Assembly (NCBI GenBank): GCA_963674945.2
Contig: CAXXWQ010000003.1
Span: 2,432,001 to 2,496,000 of the forward strand
Reading direction: 5' to 3'
Source: an uncultured Desulfosarcina sp.
GTDB lineage: Bacteria; Desulfobacterota; Desulfobacteria; Desulfobacterales; Desulfosarcinaceae
DNA: 64,000 nucleotides
Of the stretch, positions 43,701 to 52,323 are shown in pieces. Position 1 is the first letter of the stretch, and each line of letters begins with the position of its first letter. The notes under the pieces were generated by a model. The model had not been told where the DNA came from, made no database searches, and saw only the letters and a list, made by a program, of their open reading frames with translations. Position numbers and translations under genes: made by a program.

Positions 43701-46700
43701 CGCGACAAAATTCAGACGAAAAGCCCTCGCGCACGGAGATGAATCAAGCGTTGGCCTTGATTCAAAAGGGCCTGGAATCGATTCAGGCGATCCAGCAGCA
43801 GACGGCCAAGGCCCACCAATTGTTTCTGGAAAGCCAATCCCAGGCAAGCCGAACCCTCCAGGCGATGATGGCAAGTTCCCGCGCATTGATGGGAAACGCC
43901 TTGGACATTGCCCAACCGGAGGTTTTTAACAGTCAGCTGTCACACGTTTCGAATCCATCGTTGGCGCCGTCCCAGGCTGCGGCCTTTTCCGATGAACGAC
44001 CCTCTTCTCCGCAGAAAACACCTGCGGGCCATCTCGCGACGGTTGCTGTGGCAAAGCCGTCCATTCCAATCAATACGAATAGGGTCTCTTTGCCATTACA
44101 GCCTCCTACCGACCAGCCACCCTCTGCGGTGTCACGCCCAACCGACGATGAAGACGTACGGGCCGCGTTGCTATCCGTGGTCTCCGAGCTGACCGGCTAT
44201 CCGGAGGAGATGCTGGGAATGGAGATGGACATCGAGGCGGATCTGGGCATCGACTCCATCAAGCGGGTGGAGATTCTTTCGGCCGTGGAGGCACAAATGC
44301 CCCATCTGCCCCAAGTGACCCCGGAAATGGTGGGCACCTTGAAAACCCTGGGACAGATCTGTGCGTTCCTATCGTCCGAGAACTTCGGAACGAAATCAGA
44401 CGGCGCTGTATCTTCCGGCGAACCTTCGGTCACAACCCAAGGACAAGACGTGCAATCCACCTTGCTATCCGTGGTCTCCGAGCTGACCGGCTATCCGGAG
44501 GAGATGCTGGGAATGGAGATGGACATCGAGGCGGATCTGGGCATCGACTCCATCAAGCGGGTGGAGATTCTTTCGGCCGTGGAGGCACAAATGCCCCATC
44601 TGCCCCAAGTGACCCCGGAAATGGTGGGCACCTTGAAAACCCTGGGACAGATCTGTGCGTTCCTATCGTCCGAGAACTTCGGAACGAAATCAGACGGCGC
44701 TGTATCTTCCGGCGAACCTTCGGTCACAACCCAAGGACAAGACGTGCAATCCACCTTGCTATCCGTGGTCTCCGAGCTGACCGGCTATCCGGAGGAGATG
44801 CTGGGAATGGAGATGGACATCGAGGCGGATCTGGGCATCGACTCCATCAAGCGGGTGGAGATTCTTTCGGCCGTGGAGGCACAAATGCCCCATCTGCCCC
44901 AGGTGACCCCGGAAATGGTGGGCACCTTGAAAACCCTGGGACAGATCTGTGCGTTCCTCTCATCGGGAAATGCACCCGATTCTGTTAATCCGAAGACCGA
45001 TATCGAGGAGGCCGACAAAGAGCTGGTCTCCCGCCGTATCGTCAATATGATCGAATCGGTGAAACCATCGGGCCGTCCCTTTGCGATGAATTCAGGCCGG
45101 TGGCTGGGTGTAATGGGAGAAGCGGAACCATTTGCCCGATCCCTGGTCGTCGAACTTCAAAAAAGAGGGCTTGAAACGAGGCTCATCCCTTTGGATCGCG
45201 TCGAAAATCCGGATTCTTTTATCGGTGCGGCAGGCCTTGTGATTCCTGGCACGGTTTCACCGGAGACTGCGTTTCTCGCAGCCAAACATTGTGGTCCGGA
45301 ACTGATTGTGGCGACCCAAAAAGGCGACGCCCTCTTCGCCACGCTAACGATGATGGATGGGGCCTTCGGTTTCGCGGGAAATCGTTTCGACAATCCAGAG
45401 CAGGGTGCATTGGCTGGCCTGGCCAAAACGGCTTCTCTGGAGTGGGAATCGGTAACCTGCCGTGCCGTTGACCTGTCGCCGGAAATTTCCGATCCCGAAA
45501 CCATGGCCAAGCAGGTGGCTGATGAATTGTTGGCTGTCACAGACCAAGGTCCCATTGAAGTCGGCTTGTTTCCGGATCGTCGCGTTACCCTGACATCGGT
45601 GCCCGCCCAAACCGTAGAAGGCCGCCTTGGCCTTGGGCCGGATGACGTCGTGGTCATTACCGGTGGTGCACGAGGGGTGACGGCGCATTGTGCTCTCGCA
45701 TTGGCTCGTGCCACGGGTTCACAAATCGCCTTGATCGGACGATCACCAGCGCCCTTTGACACGCCCGGCTGGCTCGTGGGCATGGAAACGGAAGCGGCCA
45801 TGAAAAAGGCGATTCTCGCCAATCATTTCACCGGCACCGCACCCTCGCCCAAACAGCTGGAGTTTGAATTTCATAAGCAAATGAGCAACATCGCCATTTG
45901 CAGAACCATCGATCGCATCCGGGAAACGGGTGTGAACGCTCGTTATTTCAGTGCCGACGTGACAAAGAAAGATGAATTGGACAAGGTTATCCATTGCATA
46001 CGCGAAGAGATGGGCGTCATTACCACCCTGATCCACGGCGCCGGAATACTCCGTGACAAACGAATCATGGACAAGACGCTCGACCAGTTCCGCCTGGTGT
46101 ATCGTACCAAGGTGCAGGGATTCGCGAACCTCATGTCGGCAACCCAAGCCGATCCGCTTCGTTACCTGGTCCTCTTCTCTTCGGTCAGCGCACGAACGGG
46201 AAACACCGGACAATGCGACTATGCAATGGCCAATGAAGCTCTCAACAAATTGGCCAGAATGGAATCGTTTACACGGAAGGGATGTCAAGTCTCGGCCATC
46301 AACTGGGGCCCCTGGGATGGTGGGATGGTTTCCCCTGCGCTGAAAAAGGTTTTTGTCGATAATCATGTCGCCCTGATTCCTCTGGAGGCCGGTGCCAGGA
46401 TGATGGTGGCGGAGATGCAAAATGCCGACACCAATCCCGTCGAGGTGATCATCGGCAGTATGCTGGACACCGAAGACCAAGAGAACGCACAATTGGCCGA
46501 ACAGATGAAAATATTGGAGCGACGCGAATTGGATCTGGAGCGTTATCCGGTTTTGCGTTCCCACGTCATCGGAGGAAAACCTGTAGTTCCGTTTGCCCTC
46601 ATGGGCGAATGGATGGGACATGGGGCACTCAAGGGAAACCCTGGATTTTCTCTGCACGGCATCGACGATTTCCGACTGCTCAGCGGTATTCGAATCGGAA

Positions 46701-47380
46701 AAGAGGGAAAACTGGTACGGCTCATGGCCGGCCAACCCAGAAAGAACGGTGATGATTGGCATGTGAATGTGGAGCTGAGAAATGGCGTCAAGAATGGAAA
46801 AGACGTGATTCATTCCCGTGCCCGTGCCCTCCTCGTGAATCGATTCCCCGCGGCCCCTCCCTATACGGGCAATGGAAAAAACGGTGGTCGGGCCTTTCCC
46901 TGGGGCCTGGACGACGTTTACGGCGAAATTCTGTTCCATGGTCAGCAACTTCGGGCAATTCAATCCATCGAAGAATACTCGGACCACGGCATGACGGCGA
47001 AACTGACCGCAGCACCCAAGCCGGAACTGTGGATGGATGATCCCATTCGCGAACGATGGACTGCCGATCCCATGGTGCTGGACGGCGCCTTTCAAATGGC
47101 CACGGTGTGGTGCTTCGAGGCGAAAAAAGCGGTCTGCTTGCCCAGTTACACCCGTTCCTATCGGCAGTACCGGAGAAATTTCCCGGAAATCGGCGTTACC
47201 GCAGTGATGTCGGTGGTCGATGCCAACCATCGGAAGATGGTTGCCGACTTTGTCTTTCTGGATGATGAGAAGCAGGTGGTGGCAACCTTGCATGGCTACG
47301 AAGCCATTGTGGACGAATCCCTAATCCATCACTTTAAGAACAATCGATTACAATCAGCTATTATTGAAAATATTCAATGA
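40712..47380 (+). CDS. pfaA: PfaA-like iterative PKS/FAS (KS-AT-ACPx3-KR-DH)
   Basis: KS DAACASS and HGTGT; AT GHSYG and AFHS; three LGIDSIKRVEIL ACPs; KR GGARG and YAMAN; DH HVIGGKPVVP and DGAFQ. Confidence 0.93.
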   Translation: MTTQSRSSQPPVAIIGMGALFANSKNLKSYWRILRNGIDCITDPPESHSQLQDIHDVDPKKPDHIYCNRGGFLPPLPFDPTEFGIPPTALEATDTSQLLGLVAAKMALSDAGYGDGREFDRDRTSVILGVTGTQELVISLGSRLGHPFWRKALDGKGLDDRQIKSIIDDISDSYVSWQENSFPGLLGNVVAGRICNRLNLGGTNCVVDAACASSLSAIHLAILELTSGKSNMVVTGGVDTINDPFMHMCFAKTGVLSHTGNARPFSADADGTVLGEGIGIVVLRRLEDAERDRDRIYAVIRGIGSSSDGKSQSIYAPRADGQARALREAYRNAGIPIETVNAIEAHGTGTRVGDEVEFSALKSVFGEVRPNGNRCALGSVKSMIGHTKAAAGAAGLIKSALSLYNKVLLPTLKATVPDPKLEIESSPFYLNNRSRPWFKPKDHPRRSGVSAFGFGGSNFHVVLEEYRQENHEIGWDGSVEILAFSAEDPQSIIDEIDRLRDALREDTRPFSLEHAASRLRGVFSTDHPFRLVLVVETDLFQRKIEDHLFTAREIVTNGKDTFSATQGIYFGSPDRSPGEIAFLFPGQGSQYIDMGRDLACCFPEAMAAIESFDSRFEHETALGELIFPRPALSDEQKQQYIAAIGKTNVAQPAIGAISLAMFSVLSYFGIRPHCTCGHSYGEIPALYAAGWIDKDTLVNLSAIRGRLMAAAGKDRDAGTMMAVMAPIQEIGSIAAEHKGLVLANINSPQQGVLSGTTQSIEAARDACAEKGYSAVMLPVAAAFHSPLVQEAQIPFSEALAKVRITPSAVPVYANVTASCYPEDAEAAVDLLGRQLTAPVRFMEMVENLYKHGVRTFVEVGPKRVLSGLVRSTLHRDDVTAIAVDRSAGKNAGILDLAHVIGHLAALGVPVELNRWEEQPTKGRLPKMVVPLSGANYRVPRKKRANPPPQKAADVHQPHPQRTGVVITTGENAPKPKLQHNDEMKPNESKHQSPNGMTRQNSDEKPSRTEMNQALALIQKGLESIQAIQQQTAKAHQLFLESQSQASRTLQAMMASSRALMGNALDIAQPEVFNSQLSHVSNPSLAPSQAAAFSDERPSSPQKTPAGHLATVAVAKPSIPINTNRVSLPLQPPTDQPPSAVSRPTDDEDVRAALLSVVSELTGYPEEMLGMEMDIEADLGIDSIKRVEILSAVEAQMPHLPQVTPEMVGTLKTLGQICAFLSSENFGTKSDGAVSSGEPSVTTQGQDVQSTLLSVVSELTGYPEEMLGMEMDIEADLGIDSIKRVEILSAVEAQMPHLPQVTPEMVGTLKTLGQICAFLSSENFGTKSDGAVSSGEPSVTTQGQDVQSTLLSVVSELTGYPEEMLGMEMDIEADLGIDSIKRVEILSAVEAQMPHLPQVTPEMVGTLKTLGQICAFLSSGNAPDSVNPKTDIEEADKELVSRRIVNMIESVKPSGRPFAMNSGRWLGVMGEAEPFARSLVVELQKRGLETRLIPLDRVENPDSFIGAAGLVIPGTVSPETAFLAAKHCGPELIVATQKGDALFATLTMMDGAFGFAGNRFDNPEQGALAGLAKTASLEWESVTCRAVDLSPEISDPETMAKQVADELLAVTDQGPIEVGLFPDRRVTLTSVPAQTVEGRLGLGPDDVVVITGGARGVTAHCALALARATGSQIALIGRSPAPFDTPGWLVGMETEAAMKKAILANHFTGTAPSPKQLEFEFHKQMSNIAICRTIDRIRETGVNARYFSADVTKKDELDKVIHCIREEMGVITTLIHGAGILRDKRIMDKTLDQFRLVYRTKVQGFANLMSATQADPLRYLVLFSSVSARTGNTGQCDYAMANEALNKLARMESFTRKGCQVSAINWGPWDGGMVSPALKKVFVDNHVALIPLEAGARMMVAEMQNADTNPVEVIIGSMLDTEDQENAQLAEQMKILERRELDLERYPVLRSHVIGGKPVVPFALMGEWMGHGALKGNPGFSLHGIDDFRLLSGIRIGKEGKLVRLMAGQPRKNGDDWHVNVELRNGVKNGKDVIHSRARALLVNRFPAAPPYTGNGKNGGRAFPWGLDDVYGEILFHGQQLRAIQSIEEYSDHGMTAKLTAAPKPELWMDDPIRERWTADPMVLDGAFQMATVWCFEAKKAVCLPSYTRSYRQYRRNFPEIGVTAVMSVVDANHRKMVADFVFLDDEKQVVATLHGYEAIVDESLIHHFKNNRLQSAIIENIQ
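44168..44958 (+). repeat. 294-bp tandem repeat (~2.7 copies) encoding ACP plus linker
   Basis: Units start at 44168, 44462 and 44756. Only one difference was seen (CAA to CAG in copy 3). Confidence 0.95.
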
Positions 47381-48093
47381 TTGAACTTCCAATAAAAGGG
47401 CATCCAGAGACCGTAACTATCGCCCCCACAAAACTCATCGCACTGGGTCTGAACTACAGGGAACACATTGCGGAGAGTACATCGGTCAAGGTCAAGGGAT
47501 TCACCGACGAGATACCCGACGAACCCATCCTTTTTCCCAAGACACCCAATGTCCTGATCGGGCCGAATCAACCCATCGTCATCCCCAAATTCATCGGCCA
47601 ATACGGATTCGAAGAATTGCGCACAGACTATGAGGCCGAGTTGGCATTGATCATCGCAGACCGTTGCAAGGACGTTCCCATTGAAGACGCCATGGATCAT
47701 ATTTTCGGCTACACATGCATGAATGACATCAGTCAGCGGAACATTCAAAACAATGACCGATCCGGATGGTTCCGCGGCAAATCCCTGGATACCTTCGGGC
47801 CCATCGGTCCCCGGGTGGTCCTGGCCAACGACCTGCCCGATCCCCAGAATCTTTCCATTTGCTGCAGGCGAAACGGTCAAACGGTCCAGGACGGCAACAC
47901 ATCCCAGATGATCTTTACTATTGCTGAGATCGTCTCGTTTATTTCTAAAAATTTTACTTTGATGCCCGGAGACATCATCCTCACCGGAACCCCATCGGGT
48001 GTCGGTCCCCTTTGCCATGGCGACATCGTCGAGGTGGAGATCGAACAGATTGGCATCTTGGAAAACCCGGTGATCGACCAGACAATGGAATAG
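47377..48093 (+). CDS. Fumarylacetoacetate hydrolase family protein
   Basis: GLNYREH, DYEAEL, NDISQR, GKSLDTFGP, PGDIILTGTP. Confidence 0.93.
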   Translation: MIELPIKGHPETVTIAPTKLIALGLNYREHIAESTSVKVKGFTDEIPDEPILFPKTPNVLIGPNQPIVIPKFIGQYGFEELRTDYEAELALIIADRCKDVPIEDAMDHIFGYTCMNDISQRNIQNNDRSGWFRGKSLDTFGPIGPRVVLANDLPDPQNLSICCRRNGQTVQDGNTSQMIFTIAEIVSFISKNFTLMPGDIILTGTPSGVGPLCHGDIVEVEIEQIGILENPVIDQTME

Positions 48094-48129
48094 GCGTTCG
48101 AAAAAAACACTTCGGATACCACAAACAAA

Positions 48130-48158
48130 AAAAGGATGGGATCATTTCCCATCCTTTT
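48130..48158. terminator. Bidirectional intrinsic terminator
   Basis: AAAAGGATGGGA/TCCCATCCTTTT stem between the convergent FAH gene and serA. Confidence 0.8.
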
Positions 48159-48180
48159 CCTATTTCTGGAAGGGCACTAT

Positions 48181-49764
48181 TTACAATTCCAGCGGTGTTA
48201 CCGTGTCGACCATTTCCGATGCGAGCAGCTTTTCGATGACATCGGGTGGCACCTGTGTGTCGGTTTGCAGAAAAATAACGTTGCGATCACCATCTTTTTC
48301 CTGCCCTACGTGCATCCGACCGATATTGATGTCGTGTTTGCCCAAGGTTGTGCCGATCCCACCGATGGCGCCCGGGCGGTCCTTGTTGAATATCAACAGG
48401 ATGTGGCCTTCGGGGACCAGCTCCAGGCGAAAGTTGTTGATCTTGACCACCTTGATGGCACTTCGGCCAAAGCGTGTTCCGGCGACCACATTTTCTCCCG
48501 CAGCCGTTTTGACGCGAAGGGTGATCAGCTGGGTGTAATCTTCGGCAACCGATGTGGTGGACTCGGTCACCTGAATCCCCATCTCCTTTGCCACCGATGG
48601 CGCGTTGACGGAATTGACTGCATCTTTGACCATGGGAGTGAGCAGTCCCTTTAAGATTGCGGTGGAAACCGGAGCCAGATCCATTCCTTGAAAATCTCCG
48701 GCGTATTCGATGGTAACCGATTTTACCGGGCCGTCAGCCAGCTGTGCCTGGAGACACCCCATACGATCACCGATGGCCATGTACGGTCCGATCTTTTTAA
48801 TCTGTTCCCCTTCCACTGAGGGAACGTTGACGGCGTTAACGATGGTGCCGTTCAGCAGATAATCGATGATCTGTTGCGCCACGGCGACGGCTACGTTGGT
48901 TTGTGCCTCCTGTGTGGAGGCTCCGAGGTGGGGGGTGCAGACGAATCGATCGGATTCAAACAAACGGCACTCGCCCGGTGGTTCGGTGGTAAACACATCC
49001 AGTGCCGCGCCGGCGACTTTGTCTGACGCCATGGCATCCCGGAGGTCGTCTTCATCGACGATCCCTCCCCTTGCACAGTTGATAATCATCACGCCGTCCT
49101 TCATTTTGTCGAACGCCGATTTGTTCAGTAAACCAACGGTCTCTTCGATTTTCGGAACATGAACCGAAATATAGTCGGAACATGCATATAGCTCGTCCAG
49201 GGATACGCTGGTAAAACCGGATTTTTCGATCTGTTCCGGTGCGACAAACGGATCATAGATCACAACCTTCATCCGAAGCCCCTTGGCACGATCCGCCACA
49301 ATGGAACCGATCTTACCGAAGCCGATAACGCCAAGCGTCTTGTTGAACACCTCCCGTCCCTGTAACTTTTTCTTGTCCCATCGGCCGGACTTGAGAGAGA
49401 GGGTGCCCTGGGGGATATTTCGTGTTAACGCCATCATCATGGCAATGGCGTGTTCTGCCGTCGTTACCACGTTTCCCGTTGGGGTGTTCATGACCACCAC
49501 GCCACGACGGGTGGCGGCAGGAATGTCAACATTGTCCAGCCCGATACCCGCCCGCCCGACCACTTTCAACCGGGATCCTGCCGTAAGGATCTTTTCCGTT
49601 ACCTTTGTTGCACTCCGGATAACGAGACCGTCGTAATCTTTGATGATCCCCTCGAGTTCCTGGGGGGAGAGAGCGGTCTTTACATCGACTTCGATGCCTT
49701 CGGTTTCACGAAACAACTGAATGCCAGCTTCGCCGAGGACGTCACTGACCAGCACCTTGAACAT
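48181..49764 (-). CDS. serA: D-3-phosphoglycerate dehydrogenase (long form with ACT domain)
   Basis: GRAGIGLDN, GFGKIG, NCARGG, TPHLGAST, DRPGAIG. Confidence 0.96.
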   Translation of the reverse strand: MFKVLVSDVLGEAGIQLFRETEGIEVDVKTALSPQELEGIIKDYDGLVIRSATKVTEKILTAGSRLKVVGRAGIGLDNVDIPAATRRGVVVMNTPTGNVVTTAEHAIAMMMALTRNIPQGTLSLKSGRWDKKKLQGREVFNKTLGVIGFGKIGSIVADRAKGLRMKVVIYDPFVAPEQIEKSGFTSVSLDELYACSDYISVHVPKIEETVGLLNKSAFDKMKDGVMIINCARGGIVDEDDLRDAMASDKVAGAALDVFTTEPPGECRLFESDRFVCTPHLGASTQEAQTNVAVAVAQQIIDYLLNGTIVNAVNVPSVEGEQIKKIGPYMAIGDRMGCLQAQLADGPVKSVTIEYAGDFQGMDLAPVSTAILKGLLTPMVKDAVNSVNAPSVAKEMGIQVTESTTSVAEDYTQLITLRVKTAAGENVVAGTRFGRSAIKVVKINNFRLELVPEGHILLIFNKDRPGAIGGIGTTLGKHDINIGRMHVGQEKDGDRNVIFLQTDTQVPPDVIEKLLASEMVDTVTPLEL

Positions 49765-50264
49765 TTTGCGCCTCCTTCTTCTTCATTATTCTGCACGATT
49801 TCTTTTCGCGAACCATCAAGGCCCTCTCTTTCCCCCCTTTAGGCGCCTGTTTGCCCCATTGTGGTAAAGGTGTTGGGCGTTGGAGTCCGGACACAACCCA
49901 ATATTCATATAAGGATTTGTAAATATATTACTTTTTATTTTTCTATGGGTTGTCTCGACCTCTCTGGCACACCCCAATCGAGGTCGAAAGCGGAGCATAT
50001 ACTGCATCAAGATTTATTGGAAAGTCAAGGTGCAAGACGGGATCTGCGCTTTTCATAAGAATATTTTTTCTATTGTTTACAGTATTTTAACTATAATTCA
50101 GACGTTAAAAAAATAAAAATTTGAACTTTTCATCATATCTTTCCAACCTCGGATCGAAAACACGACGAATCGTACCATCCTTCCTTCCTTTTGGTTCTTA
50201 TTGACAGGCGCAGCCGTAGTTGTTTATTTTCCGTATTCTTCCAAAAGAAAAGGAGTCTTTTCAC

Positions 50265-51389
50265 TTGCAAACCGAACACTGCATTCATTTTGGCGATGCG
50301 AAGAAGATGAACGCCCTGTCTTCGGAAAGCGTTCATCTGGTAGTAACCTCCCCCCCCTACCCCATGATCGAAATGTGGGACACACTGTTTCGTAGGCATC
50401 GGGAAATCGACGACGCGTGTAAACGCCAACATGGACGAGAAGCCTTTGAAGCCATGCATCGCCGATTGGATCCGGTTTGGGACGAACTCTTCCGGATTCT
50501 GGTTCCAGGCGGCATCGTTTGTATCAATATCGGAGACGCCACAAGGACCGTGAACGGCGAGTTTGCCCTTTACTCCAACCACAGTCGCATCCTGTCCTAC
50601 ATGCTCGGTCTCGGATTTCACAACATGCCGAATATCTTGTGGCGCAAACAGACAAATGCCCCAAACAAATTCATGGGGTCCGGTATGATGCCCCCCGGTG
50701 CGTATGTGACCCTGGAACATGAATATATCCTCATCTTTCGAAAGGGGGACAAGCGGCTATTCAAGTCAGCGGAGGAAAAATCCCTTCGTCGGCAAAGCGC
50801 CTTTTTTTGGGAGGAGCGCAATCAATGGTTTTCAGACGTGTGGATGGACCTTAAAGGAACACGCCAGAAGACCGGTGACAGGAAATTGAGATTGCGCAGC
50901 GGTGCCTTTCCCTTCGAACTGGCCTATCGTTTGATTTGTATGTTTTCCGTGATGGGGGATATGGTGGTCGATCCCTTCCTGGGCACCGGCACGACCCTGG
51001 CCGCTGCGGTGGCAACCGGTCGAAATTCTGCGGGTTACGAGTTGGACAATGCCTTCGGTCCGCTTATTCAGGAGCGATGCCAGGAAGCCGTTCAGGAAGG
51101 GCGCCTTCGCATCGCCGACCGTCTGGACGAACACCTTGCCTTCGTCCGGGAGCGGGAAGCGACTGGGAAAATCATCAAGCATAAAAGCCGCGTGTATGGA
51201 TTTCCGGTGGTCACCCGTCAGGAGACGGAATTGACCCTCTGCCCTCCCCGAACCATCGAAACGGTTGCCGAAACCAGGTTCCGCGTCTCCTACGAACACC
51301 CCGGCAGCCCATCCTCCATCGGGGAGGCAAAACGTGAGTCGAAGAAAAGGTCTTCAGAAAAAAAAGGGCAGCTTCAATTGTTCAATTGA
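50265..51389 (+). CDS. Orphan beta-class DNA methyltransferase, probably N4-cytosine
   Basis: Catalytic TSPPY precedes SAM-binding DPFLGTGTT. TTG start inferred from the AAGGAG RBS. Confidence 0.9.
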   Translation: MQTEHCIHFGDAKKMNALSSESVHLVVTSPPYPMIEMWDTLFRRHREIDDACKRQHGREAFEAMHRRLDPVWDELFRILVPGGIVCINIGDATRTVNGEFALYSNHSRILSYMLGLGFHNMPNILWRKQTNAPNKFMGSGMMPPGAYVTLEHEYILIFRKGDKRLFKSAEEKSLRRQSAFFWEERNQWFSDVWMDLKGTRQKTGDRKLRLRSGAFPFELAYRLICMFSVMGDMVVDPFLGTGTTLAAAVATGRNSAGYELDNAFGPLIQERCQEAVQEGRLRIADRLDEHLAFVREREATGKIIKHKSRVYGFPVVTRQETELTLCPPRTIETVAETRFRVSYEHPGSPSSIGEAKRESKKRSSEKKGQLQLFN

Positions 51390-51463
51390 CCAATCGGCCG
51401 ACTTACGTTTCGGCTGGCATCCATCGTTGTTGGAGAAAAAGACCGCACGGCGTTTGCATTCCC

Positions 51464-52276
51464 TCATATTTCGGCATAAATTTTCTGGGCTCTTTCCAGG
51501 GCAACGGCGTCATCGACCCCCATGGTTTCGGATTCGTCTTCGACGACATGATATCCTACCCGTTTTCCGTCCCGAACCATGTATTCGATCAGGTCCGTAA
51601 AAAAATACTCCTCGATGTCCATCAACGTTCCATCGACCTCTTTTTGTACAATCTGCGGATTGGAAGCCAAAATGGGCAGGTAATGTTCCAATGCCGATCG
51701 GTGAACCGCATATAGCCCGGAGTTGCAGACCGTCAATTGCGCCTGTCGCGCAATCGGATAGGACTTCCAGTATTTCCATTCGGTTATCTTTTGTACGCGG
51801 CCATCTTCGATCTCGAGGACCCCATATTGTTTTTTGTCGGCCGGAGAAAAGCCCAAGATCATCAGGTCGTGGTTGTCCAAGCCGGCCACCAGGTTTTCAT
51901 ACGTCGATCTTTTCACGAAGGGCACGTCCCCCATGGTGATGATCACGCGTTGGGCGTCCTGGGCGAAGATAAACGCTTTGGCGGCAAGAATGGCACCGCC
52001 GGTGCCGTTTAGCATGGGTTGTTCGCAATACACAGCACCGGTTTCCTGGGTGACGGCCTTGACCTTCTCTTTGCAATGGTTGACGACCAATGCTTTCGGC
52101 CCAGGGGGAAGGTTGCCCATGAGGTGTAAGACAATGGGTTTGTGTCCCGTGAAAATGTTTTTTTCGGGCGCAAGTGGCAACAGGGTTTTGTTTCCATCAT
52201 ACCCCTTCATCCGGCTTCCCCTGCCTGCCGCCATGATAATCGAAGCAATCGTCGAAGTAACTTCCGAGGTATTCAT
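51464..52276 (-). CDS. Nucleotidyltransferase (GlmU N-terminal-like, no acetyltransferase domain)
   Basis: MAAGRGSRMK, GTGGA, GDVP, YG, CNSGLY, EYFFTD. Confidence 0.85.
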   Translation of the reverse strand: MNTSEVTSTIASIIMAAGRGSRMKGYDGNKTLLPLAPEKNIFTGHKPIVLHLMGNLPPGPKALVVNHCKEKVKAVTQETGAVYCEQPMLNGTGGAILAAKAFIFAQDAQRVIITMGDVPFVKRSTYENLVAGLDNHDLMILGFSPADKKQYGVLEIEDGRVQKITEWKYWKSYPIARQAQLTVCNSGLYAVHRSALEHYLPILASNPQIVQKEVDGTLMDIEEYFFTDLIEYMVRDGKRVGYHVVEDESETMGVDDAVALERAQKIYAEI

Positions 52277-52323
52277 AATTTCTCGTTTCCTTTATTACCC
52301 GTAAACAGGTTGACATCCGTTCT

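Noticed and set aside
44168..44958. CRISPR-like array
   Set aside because: In-frame coding repeats with no unique spacers and no cas genes.
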